NCBI GenBank assembly: GCA_027069135.1
Contig: JALXFE010000492.1
Location: 1,542-65,541, forward strand
Origin: Thermoanaerobaculia bacterium
GTDB lineage: Bacteria; Acidobacteriota; Thermoanaerobaculia; Multivoradales; JAHZIX01
Length of the DNA stretch: 64,000 bases
Direction: 5' to 3'
Within the stretch, counting starts at the first letter, position 1. Each line of letters starts with the position of its first letter. Position numbers and translations under genes: made by a program. A model generated the notes under the pieces. The model was not told the origin of the DNA and did no database searches. It was given only the letters and a program-made list of their open reading frames with translations. Of this stretch, positions 9,693 through 18,500 are shown one piece after another.

Positions 9693-10181
9693 TCATTCCC
9701 CCGGCATCTTTGGGCGCCATTCCATGAGGTAGTAGACCCCCTGGTCTTCGATGTTTTCAAAGCCCAAGCGATGGTAGAGATGCATGGCCGGGTTGTTGCG
9801 CTCGACGTGGATGCGCACCGGCTTGCCCACTTTCTGTGCCTCCGCAAGGATATCGGCCATCAACTTCCCGCCCAGCCCTTTGCCTCGATGCTCCGGTAGG
9901 AGGGCGATGTCAATCAGGCGATGCTCATCCTCCCGGCGGTCCATATAGAGCCGCCCGGCAGGCTCCCCAGCCAGGAGCACGACTTCGAAGACGGCCTTCT
10001 TGAAGGAACTCTGGTAGTACTTGTGCTGGGCCTCGAATTGCTGGCGAAGAAAGGTCTCTTTCTCCTCCTGCGGCCAATCCAGCATCGCCATCTCGTCTTG
10101 TCGGGTACTCGAGTAGAGACGCAGGAGGAAGGCCTCGTCGTCGGGGCGAATGGGTCGGAAGCTAATTTCGCGGGCCATCAA
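9693..10181 (-). CDS. GNAT family N-acetyltransferase
   Basis: Acetyl-CoA binding motif region HRGKGLGGKLMADILAEAQKVGKPVRIHVERNNPAMHLYHRLGF. 162 aa. Confidence 0.8.
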   Translation of the reverse strand: MMAREISFRPIRPDDEAFLLRLYSSTRQDEMAMLDWPQEEKETFLRQQFEAQHKYYQSSFKKAVFEVVLLAGEPAGRLYMDRREDEHRLIDIALLPEHRGKGLGGKLMADILAEAQKVGKPVRIHVERNNPAMHLYHRLGFENIEDQGVYYLMEWRPKMPGE

Positions 10182-10189
10182 GGGAAGCT

Positions 10190-10624
10190 CTAGGCGGTAA
10201 AGGGGTTGGTCACCCGCAGATCAGAAAAACGGCTGAAATCCCGGTCTCCGGTGATGAGCTCGTCGATACCGTGCTCGAAACACAGGGACGCTATGTGAGC
10301 GTCATGGACCAGGTTCCCGGTGGCTCCCGAGGCTGCTAGAACTCGATCCAATACCTCCCGATGGCGCCGGGTTTCGCTCAGTAGAACGACCGAGGGCGAG
10401 TCCAGAATCTTGTGCAGATCGGAGCGAGCTACCTCGGCGGGAACCGGTGGATGGAAAACCTTTGGATGCGTCACGACGCGAAGAAACTCATACACGCAAG
10501 GCCAGGGAATGGCCCACGGGGAGGGCCCCTCTGCCAGCTGCGACAAGACAGCGAGAGCCTTCTCGTGAAAAGGGCTGGAAACGATCTCGGCGTAGACGAG
10601 GATATTGGTATCGATAGCCTTCAC
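10190..10624 (-). CDS. vapC: PIN-domain ribonuclease toxin VapC
   Basis: N-terminal MKAIDTNILVYA (PIN acidic residue D5). C-terminal conserved Asp (ITGDRDF). 4-bp overlap with the upstream antitoxin. Confidence 0.85.
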   Translation of the reverse strand: MKAIDTNILVYAEIVSSPFHEKALAVLSQLAEGPSPWAIPWPCVYEFLRVVTHPKVFHPPVPAEVARSDLHKILDSPSVVLLSETRRHREVLDRVLAASGATGNLVHDAHIASLCFEHGIDELITGDRDFSRFSDLRVTNPFTA

Positions 10625-10857
10625 CGCTGGCTACCGAGGAGGTCGAAGAGCTGATCCCGATCAAAGACGTTGACGCCGGGCTGCTCCTGCGCCTCCCAAC
10701 CGCTGAGTTCCAGACGAAAGGACGAGCTCTTTTCCACTGCCAGGGCGAGGCGTAGCAGATCATTGGTGAGAGCATGTAGCGGCCGGCCCTCTCGGGCCGC
10801 CCGCTCCTTCAGAGAGCGGAGAAGGGTGTCGTCCAAAGCCAGGGTGGTCCGGGTCAT
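10621..10857 (-). CDS. vapB: Ribbon-helix-helix antitoxin VapB
   Basis: 78 aa. N-terminal beta-strand TTLALDDTLLRSLKERAAREGRPLHALTNDLLRLAL is typical of CopG/RHH antitoxins. Overlaps the vapC start. Confidence 0.7.
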   Translation of the reverse strand: MTRTTLALDDTLLRSLKERAAREGRPLHALTNDLLRLALAVEKSSSFRLELSGWEAQEQPGVNVFDRDQLFDLLGSQR

Positions 10858-10959
10858 GCTTCAAAGTGTATGTCTGCTGCATCAAGATGTCAAAGCCGTC
10901 GCGGCGAATTCTCGCAGGCGTCTCTCTACACCGAGCCACCGTCTCACACAGCAATCCAG

Positions 10960-11502
10960 CTATTTCTTCTTGGCAGCCGTTCGGCTCTTTGCCTTGGATG
11001 CGGCCTTCTTGGGAGCGGCTTTCTTGGCGGTCGCCTTCTTGGCGGGCGCTTTCTTCGTGACCGCCTTCTTCGCCGGTGTCAGCTTGGCGAGGCGTGCCGG
11101 TTTGGCGACGACGAAGCGAGTCTCGGCGGACTGGCCCCAGACTTCGCAGCGGATGGCGTAGGTGTGTCCATCCTTGAGCTTGCTCGTATCGAGCACCAAG
11201 GTCTCGGATTCGTTGTTGGCGAGACCGGCGGCCAGGGTCAGGCTACAGAACGTCTCCATGTCTTTTTTCACCTTCGCCTTGCGCTTGGGCTTGACGATGT
11301 CCCTCTGGACTTCTCGCTGGTTCTCGTCCAGCACGTGCCAGAACTCGTAATTATCACCCGGTACGTGGAGCACCATGGTGTTCTCGCTGGTATTGAGCAG
11401 GGTGGCGCGAACGTCGATAGACACGGTTTTTCGATTGTGGGGCACCTCAATGACTTGGGGCGCATCGATGGTCGCCTGGATGCATTGGACTGAAACGGTC
11501 AT
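10960..11502 (-). CDS. Lysine/alanine-rich histone H1-like protein with a ~140-aa N-terminal beta-rich domain
   Basis: C-terminal AKKA/PAKK repeats (KLTPAKKAVTKKAPAKKATAKKAAPKKAASKAKSRTAAKKK). Probable start at MTVSVQCIQ. Confidence 0.55.
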   Translation of the reverse strand: MTVSVQCIQATIDAPQVIEVPHNRKTVSIDVRATLLNTSENTMVLHVPGDNYEFWHVLDENQREVQRDIVKPKRKAKVKKDMETFCSLTLAAGLANNESETLVLDTSKLKDGHTYAIRCEVWGQSAETRFVVAKPARLAKLTPAKKAVTKKAPAKKATAKKAAPKKAASKAKSRTAAKKK

Positions 11503-11581
11503 ATCAACCTCCTGACAAATAATACGAATTCGAGTTGTTAGAACAAGACTGGGATTCCGGAACACCGGTGAGCCACCTAGG

Positions 11582-13132
11582 GTGCTTGGGACTGTATCCG
11601 GTGCCCTCGGCAGGGGGAGCTTTCGTCCGGGGTGTAACGATCTGCCCTATATACTCCCCAATAGATTCCAAGGAGCCGTATTGATACAAATTGCACTGAT
11701 CTCCATCGGTAATTGTCCCTCGCTGGCGCTGCGCAACATCGCGCGCTATTGCCAAGGGCACGAAGATATTGCCGGCGCCGTCGGATTTCGGATCCTCGAC
11801 TACGACCTGAAGGAATTCCGGGAGGCCCGCCCTCAATCCGCACTGCGATGGTCTTTCGTCACCCAATTTGACCAGACACTGCGCGACCTCCTGGAGATCC
11901 AGCCGGCGTTGGTGGGATTCTCCTGCTACCTGTGGAGCACCGAGACCTCCCTCCATGTAGCCCATCTCATCAAACAGGTCCTGCCGGAGACGATCACCGT
12001 CTTCGGGGGTCCGGATGCAGGCCCGAGGGCTCAGGAGCTCCTGGAACGACACGCCCAGGTAGACATCGTCGTCGAGGGGGATGGCGAAATCCCCATGCTC
12101 GGCCTCGTCCGGCGCTGCCTCAACGAGTCCCCGACCCTCGCGGAGATCCCTCAGCTGCGCTACCGCGACTCGGAAGGTATCGCTCGGAACGCAGCCGCCC
12201 CGGATCTGCTCGAGATGTCCCGGCTGGTCGATGTCTGGGATCCGCCACCGGATCAGGCCGAAATGAACCGCTGGGGCTGGCCCTACCTGCTCTATGAGAC
12301 CCTCCGGGGCTGCCCCTACTCCTGCTCCTACTGCATGTACGGCAAGACGCCGATCAATGCCAAAGATCCGGAGTTGGTCGTCGGGGAGCTGGTCGCCTTG
12401 CTCCACACCGGCCAGGCCGTCGAGCTCATCGACCCGACCTTCACGACCTACGTCAAACGGGCGAAGGGGATCCTCCGGGACCTCGTTCGCCACGACTACA
12501 GCGGTACCCTGACCTTTGAGGCCTACCCGGATTCCTTGGACGAAGAGATGGTCGAGCTGATCTCCCAAGCGCAGGTGAGCACCATCGGCATCGGCTTCCA
12601 GACCCTCTCTTCGGACGGTCTCAAGGCGGTCAAGCGCCCCAAAAATCTGCCCCGTTTCGAGCGGGCCATCGACTTGCTCCGGCGCTACGGCATCAACTAC
12701 TACGTCGACCTCATCTACGGCCTTCCGCAGACCACCAAAGAAGACTTTTTCGCCACCGTCGATTATCTCTACTCCCTCGAGGTCGAGAACCTGATGGTCT
12801 ATCGGCTCCTCGGTCTTCCGGGCTCTCCGATGATGGATGACGCCTCGGAACATGCCCTCGTTTTCAGCAAAATCCCGCCCTACGAGATGCTCCAAAGCGC
12901 GACTTTCTCCATGGAGGACGTCATCGAATGCGAGCGGTTCCAATTTGCCTACGGAGATCTCCTGGGCGGCTTGCCTTCCCTCGAAAGGCGCCGGCTGGCG
13001 CGGGACGCCGGTGGCATCTCCTCCCTGGTCCGGCGCTATCTTCAAGGTCCCTTCGACTCTCCCGGACAGTTCCGCGAGGCCTTGGAACAAAGCGGCGAAT
13101 GGCCCTGTGATGCGATGCAGACAGTAGCCTGA
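11582..13132 (+). CDS. B12-binding-domain radical SAM protein (class B rSAM)
   Basis: CxxxCxxC cluster motif GCPYSCSYCMYG. N-terminal cobalamin-binding-like region (FSCYLWSTETSL ... VFGGPDAGP ... DIVVEGDGE). Start codon uncertain. Confidence 0.8.
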   Translation: MLGTVSGALGRGSFRPGCNDLPYILPNRFQGAVLIQIALISIGNCPSLALRNIARYCQGHEDIAGAVGFRILDYDLKEFREARPQSALRWSFVTQFDQTLRDLLEIQPALVGFSCYLWSTETSLHVAHLIKQVLPETITVFGGPDAGPRAQELLERHAQVDIVVEGDGEIPMLGLVRRCLNESPTLAEIPQLRYRDSEGIARNAAAPDLLEMSRLVDVWDPPPDQAEMNRWGWPYLLYETLRGCPYSCSYCMYGKTPINAKDPELVVGELVALLHTGQAVELIDPTFTTYVKRAKGILRDLVRHDYSGTLTFEAYPDSLDEEMVELISQAQVSTIGIGFQTLSSDGLKAVKRPKNLPRFERAIDLLRRYGINYYVDLIYGLPQTTKEDFFATVDYLYSLEVENLMVYRLLGLPGSPMMDDASEHALVFSKIPPYEMLQSATFSMEDVIECERFQFAYGDLLGGLPSLERRRLARDAGGISSLVRRYLQGPFDSPGQFREALEQSGEWPCDAMQTVA

Positions 13133-13133
13133 G

Positions 13134-13766
13134 TCAGACAGCGAGGCCCTCCCGGTCCCAGCTGAGACCTTCATAAATCCACCGGTATTCCCGGGGCCAA
13201 CAACCATGCCAATCGCTCAAGGGCCCGTAGCGAGCTTCCAAGGAGTCCATTTCGGGAAGGGTCTCCGGGGCCTGGGGATTGGGCCAGATATCGTGCCAGA
13301 TCACCGAATAATGCGCCCCCTCCGGCGGCTGCCAGGTGAAAACGTCGGCCTCGATCACTTCGAGCCGGCCTTGGTAGCGCTCCAAAAGATGAGCGGCCAC
13401 CAACTCGATCACCTCGGGAGATTTTTCTACAACGGTGATCCGTTCCACGGTAGCGTCGGGAGTCCGCAATAGGGACTCGACGACCAATCCTAGCCCAAGG
13501 CCACCGATCAGCACGTGACCGCCCCGCTGGCAGGCCTGGTCGATGGCGACCTTCTGGGTGTACCACTCGTCGTAGAGATCGGTCATGAAGACCTCGTCTC
13601 CTCGTTTGAGACGGGTGTAGGTACCGGGCCGCCGCCGGGCACAACTTGGAACGTCGTGGGTCCGGTGGTCGACCTTCGCTTCACCGCGGACCTCGAAACG
13701 CTCCAACGACCAGCCGCCGCTACGCCCCGGAGGGATATCGCTTTTGAAATACGGAAGAGTTTCCAT
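13134..13766 (-). CDS. Class I SAM-dependent methyltransferase (spermidine-synthase-like fold)
   Basis: Gly-rich SAM motif HVLIGGLGLGLVVESLL followed by ERITVVEKSPEVIEL (acidic residue at the end of beta2). Confidence 0.5.
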   Translation of the reverse strand: METLPYFKSDIPPGRSGGWSLERFEVRGEAKVDHRTHDVPSCARRRPGTYTRLKRGDEVFMTDLYDEWYTQKVAIDQACQRGGHVLIGGLGLGLVVESLLRTPDATVERITVVEKSPEVIELVAAHLLERYQGRLEVIEADVFTWQPPEGAHYSVIWHDIWPNPQAPETLPEMDSLEARYGPLSDWHGCWPREYRWIYEGLSWDREGLAV

Positions 13767-13858
13767 CGTGCCTGGCTATGGGGGGATCGGTTCCTGCCGA
13801 ATAGAAGGTCGGTAGCCTCCTTGGGCTACCGACCTTTCCAACCTTCCTCCGAAACGGC

Positions 13859-14377
13859 TCAGCTTCGGCTCGGATAGAGCCCCTGCAGAGCGATGATGAA
13901 ATTCATCGCCAGGAACGGCTGCATGTTGTTATGCGCTTGAGAGCCGCCGGTATTCTCCAATCGGTCAAAAGCCCCGGTAGTCGTCGAATTGACATAGAGG
14001 TTTGTACCTCGACCACCGCCCGTCGCCGGCAAGTGATTGGTGGGATCCCGTTGATTGGCACTCTCCCCCGTGCCGTGGGCGGTGTGGGTGTGATTGGGCA
14101 TCTGGGCCTCGGAGAGGGTCACCGTTTCGGTCCCCCCCCGCTGCCCCAGGCGCTGAGAGGTGAGGCCCGGTCCCCGGCCCGGATGCATCGGCACCCGGCC
14201 CTGCAGATTCGGCAGCGCCGTGGTTGAGCGCCCGTCTCCACCGTAGGTAGTTCCGATGAGAGAGAAGAGGGCAGTATTCTGGGAGACCGGCAATAGCTGG
14301 CCGTTACAAAAGGCCCAGCTTCGGGGTGCAAAATTCCCGGCAAAGATCCGGATTTCAGCGACGAATGGCTCAGACAT
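13859..14377 (-). CDS. Phage tail collar domain protein (MdpB-like), paralog A
   Basis: MSEPFVAEIRIFAGNFAPRSWAFCNGQLLPVSQNTALFSLIGTTYGGDG ... is the canonical tail-collar N-terminus. 172 aa. RBS GGAAGGAG upstream. Confidence 0.85.
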   Translation of the reverse strand: MSEPFVAEIRIFAGNFAPRSWAFCNGQLLPVSQNTALFSLIGTTYGGDGRSTTALPNLQGRVPMHPGRGPGLTSQRLGQRGGTETVTLSEAQMPNHTHTAHGTGESANQRDPTNHLPATGGGRGTNLYVNSTTTGAFDRLENTGGSQAHNNMQPFLAMNFIIALQGLYPSRS

Positions 14378-14394
14378 CTATAGCTCCTTCCGGC

Positions 14395-14928
14395 TCAGTG
14401 ACGGGACGGGTAAATCCCGAAGAGGGCAATAATGAAATGGATGCACAGGTACGGCATGAAATTGGTATGGGACCGAGAGCCTCCAACCGCAGACACCGCT
14501 GTGGACTTGAAATCCACCAAAGAGGGGTTCCCGTCCCGAAACACGTCCGTGATGGAGGGTTGCGCGTAGGAGAAGGCATTGGGGCTTCCCACCGGAGACC
14601 GATTGGTGGCGGTGGCGGTGGTAGCCTTCCAATCATGGCTATGGGAAGGCATCTGGTTGACCGTCAAGGTAACCTTCTCCGTCCCTGCCTTGGAGCCGAG
14701 CCGGCGAGCGGAGAGCCCCGGCCCGGACCCGGCGTGGATAGGAGTCCTCCCCCGCATATCCGGAAGGCCGAAGGTCGTTCGACCGTCTCCACCGTAGATG
14801 GTTCCCAGAAGGGAGAAGAGAGCATCGTTCTGAGAAACCGCCAGAAGCTGGCCGTCACAGTAGGCCCAACCCCGGGGCGCAAAGTTTCCCGCAAACATTC
14901 GGATCTCGCCGACAAATGGTTCTGACAT
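14395..14928 (-). CDS. Phage tail collar domain protein (MdpB-like), paralog B
   Basis: MSEPFVGEIRMFAGNFAPRGWAYCDGQLLAVSQNDALFSLLGTIYGGDGRTTFGLPDMRGR. 177 aa. RBS AGGAGAT upstream. Confidence 0.85.
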   Translation of the reverse strand: MSEPFVGEIRMFAGNFAPRGWAYCDGQLLAVSQNDALFSLLGTIYGGDGRTTFGLPDMRGRTPIHAGSGPGLSARRLGSKAGTEKVTLTVNQMPSHSHDWKATTATATNRSPVGSPNAFSYAQPSITDVFRDGNPSLVDFKSTAVSAVGGSRSHTNFMPYLCIHFIIALFGIYPSRH

Positions 14929-14937
14929 CCTGATCTC

Positions 14938-15468
14938 CTAATTTCGGGACGGAAAGAGGCCCCGAAGAGCGATGCAGAAATTCACCGCGAGATAGGGGTG
15001 CATGTTTTCGTGGGCCTGGCCGCCGCCGACGTTGGCGATGGAGGCCGAGCTCAGGCTGACATTGAGATTGTCACTACCGGAGCTGTAGATGAAGTCGACG
15101 CCGGCACCCACCTGGGCCGGCAAATTTCCGCTGGGCGAAGGATTGTTGGCGCTGGTATTGCTCGCCTCGAGAGTATGGGTGTGCTGGGGCATCTCCCCGG
15201 CAGAGAGGGTGTGGGTCTCCTCTCCACTCTTGGTACCCAGACGATGGGCGCCCCCACCGTTGCTCGTGCCAACGTGCATGGGAGCCCGGCCTCTCAAGTC
15301 CGGCAGGGCGAAGGTGGTACGTCCGTCTCCCCCGTAGGTGGTGCCCAACAAGGAATACAGGCTTTGGTTCTGGTCGATGGGCAGAATCTGCCCGTCGCAG
15401 AAGGCCCAGCCCCGAGGCGCAAAATTGAAGCCCACTATGCGAACTTCGGCCAAAAACGGTTCCGACAT
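14938..15468 (-). CDS. Phage tail collar domain protein (MdpB-like), paralog C
   Basis: MSEPFLAEVRIVGFNFAPRGWAFCDGQILPIDQNQSLYSLLGTTYGGDGRTTFALPDLRGR. 176 aa. RBS GGAGGAG upstream. Confidence 0.85.
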   Translation of the reverse strand: MSEPFLAEVRIVGFNFAPRGWAFCDGQILPIDQNQSLYSLLGTTYGGDGRTTFALPDLRGRAPMHVGTSNGGGAHRLGTKSGEETHTLSAGEMPQHTHTLEASNTSANNPSPSGNLPAQVGAGVDFIYSSGSDNLNVSLSSASIANVGGGQAHENMHPYLAVNFCIALRGLFPSRN

Positions 15469-15508
15469 ATTGAATCTCCTCCTCTCGTCATTGAGTTTCA
15501 GATAAGTC

Positions 15509-18500
15509 TTATGGAATCACGATCACCGGCAGGGTCGGCGCCGTCGCCGTCGCGGTGACGCCACCGGTCACGGCCACAGTGGGAGGGTCGGTGGTATCGA
15601 CGCTGCCACCGCCCCGATTGCCGTTATCCCGCAGGATGGTCGCCGGTGTCATCGACGCCGAAGCTCCCTGGAAAAGCTCTAAGGAACCGGCAAGCTCCTT
15701 AAGGTGGTACCCCTCCGGCCCCTGGTTGTCCATCATGTGAAGGTCGAGTGCGTTGGCGGCGCTATCCGCCTGGACCTCGACTTCGACGGAGTGTTTACGA
15801 TCCGCCGGCGTAAAGACGATGTCGTGCTGGGGAAAGATCTCCCGGCGCATGGTGAGATCGAGGTTACCCCCGGCGCGGACGTTGACCAGCACGGGATTGA
15901 ACGGTGATTGAGCCGCAAAGCCGACGTCGTCGGAGGCACTCCCCACCGTTCCGTCCACGTAGGTATTGTCCTCGAAGAGCACTGCGGCGGACGTCGTGCT
16001 CTCGGCCCGAATCTGCACCGAACCGTCCCAGGGCAGCCGGAAGGTGTTGTCGTGAACGTGGGCCTGGACGGCACCACCATTGAGCCCCAAGGTCAATTGC
16101 CCGAGGCCACCGGCTGCATGCATCACCTCGTCGAAAGTATTGAAGGAGACGATGGCGTCGTAGGTGCCCCCGGCGGGAACTAGTGCGACCCCTCCCTGGG
16201 GAAAATCGAAGGTGAGATTGCCCGGTGGGAGCTGCGCCGTGGTGTGATCGGTGATGGTGAAGGTGTTGCGAGAGATGACCGTGTCGATATCCCCCGTGTG
16301 CGGGAACCCTCCCCCCTCCTGGCCGACTACGGCGATGGATGCGGTGAGATTGTTGGTGAAGGTATTGCCCAGAGCCGCGTTGAGCTGCGCCGGATCCCCG
16401 ATCCTCACCACCATGTCGTGGCTGCCCCGGGCCTCGAAGCTCACCCCCCGGCCCCCGACGTTTCGGGTTCCACCGCTGGCAAACTCCTTATAGATATCCT
16501 CGAAGATATTCCGTTGCAGGGTAGCGTCCAGAGTCCCCGCCCCGGCGGGGGTGTAGATGTCTAAGCCCCGCGCACCGAGGCGCACCGTGCAATTGTCCAC
16601 CACCATGGTTCCGGTCAATCCCCGGATGCGGATCATGCCCTCGTCGGCGTCGTCACCCCGGCCGGGGACGTGGAAGCGGTTGGAGTTCTCAAACAAGCTG
16701 TCACGCAGCTCGAGGCCATTCCAGTTGGTGAAGTCGGTGCCGTCAGAAAAAAGAGCGCCTAAGATCGCGTGGTCGCTGAACCGGCGCATGGTCACGCTCT
16801 GCAGGCGCAGGCCGCCACCGACGTTCTCGCCGTGGATCCCGTCGCGGAAGCGCCGGGTCTGGACGGCATCGGCGGCGTCGTTGGCATCGGCGATGTCCTC
16901 AATGATCATGTTTTGGAAGCTCACCAATCCGCCGGTGTTGTCGAGAATGATGGCGTCGGAACCGGTGATGTCTTGGATCGTGCCCCCGGAGGCGTTCCCC
17001 CCGGCGGTCGTCGTGCCATCCCCGGTGACGACGAAGTCGCCGGCACCGGTGTCGGCGAGGCGAATACCCGGGTTGGCGCCGAACATGCCGTTGACGGCGA
17101 TGCTCTCGAAGGTCGCGTTGGCCGCGCCGAGGGTCGTTCCCCCTTGCATCGAAACACCGGTCCCGCCGGTAGCAGCGACGGTATTCCCCGCTCCCGTCAC
17201 TTCCACCGTCTGCGCCCCGCTGGCGTTGAAGCAGGTCCCCGCCGAGCAGGTTAGCCCCAGGCCCGCCAATCGGGTGACGCTGGTGGCCGCCAAGTTGGTG
17301 AGATCGATACAGGTGCTGTTGTTGTTGCACACGGCGCCGTCAATCGTGACGGTGGAGACGATGCCGTCCAGATCGAGCGCCGGGGCCCCGGTACCGGTGG
17401 TATCGATATTCACCAAGCCCGCCAAGGTCGTCGTATCGAGGGTGCCGCTGCCGGTGGCTGCGATCCCCGTAACACCGTTGGCAAAAATGTCCAGACTGTT
17501 GAAGGATACGGACGTATTGGCCACGTTGCCGGACATATTCACCCCACCTCCGGTGATCCGATTTGCGGCGCTGGTACCCAGGTCGACGGCGCCGGCGAAG
17601 GTCACGGTATTGGCGACGGTGGCCCCGGAGATGTTGATCCCGGTACTCACTCCCGTCCCCTGCAGGGTTGCCGCACCACTAAAACTCACCGTACCGCCGG
17701 CTCTCGCAGTGATATCCACCAGCCGGTTGGCCGTCGAGCTGCGAATGCCGTTACCGGTTAGGGTAGTCGCGATATTGGCGTTACCTCCGGCGACGTCGAA
17801 AGCATTCACCGTGCCCGCCGTCTGGTCGAGGCTCAGATCCGAGAAGGTGATGACGGCTGTGTTGTTGTCGATATCTATGGTCGCGCTGCTCGTGAGATCG
17901 GCGTTGGCAAAGAGCACGGTACTGGCGGCGCCGGCCATGCGCAACCCGCCGCCGCTGGCCGTAACCTGGCCGTCGAAGCGCACGGATCCACCAGCGCCCA
18001 AAGTCACGATATCCACGGCCAGACCCGTGTTGTCGGTGATGGTGCCGTTGTAGTCGAGGGTCGGCGAGCTGTTGTTGATATTGAAGCCCGTGCCGGTGGG
18101 GTTGGTGATGGTGGCGTTGGTGACGAAGTCAAAGGTACCTGAGGAGTCGTTGACGATATCGACTCCGGCATCGCCGCCGCTCAAAGTCGTCGTGCCGTTG
18201 AAATCGTAGTTTCCATCGGCGTTGTCGAATTGCAGGCCGGTACCGGCGGTGGCCGAGATCGTGCCGACCTCGAAGACCACGGTCCCGGCACTGTGACCCC
18301 CGCTGACGGAAACCGCCGGGGCGTTGTTGGCCTGGGTGATCGAGCCGCTGTAGGTCGAAGAAACCGTGCCCCCGGTGACGGAGAAGGTCGCGGCGGTGCT
18401 GTTGGTCAGGCCTCCCGCTGCCAAAGTGACCGTGCCGGCGACATCGACCAGGGACACCCCGGAGGTGGGACTATTCACCGACGAGACGGTTGCCAATTGG

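Noticed and set aside
13134-13766. Methyltransferase plus radical SAM as a RiPP cluster with the collar proteins as precursors
   Set aside because: The rSAM gene is convergent with the methyltransferase rather than co-transcribed. The collar proteins are folded ~175-aa domain proteins and not leader/core peptides. No small precursor ORF was found in the 92-bp spacer.
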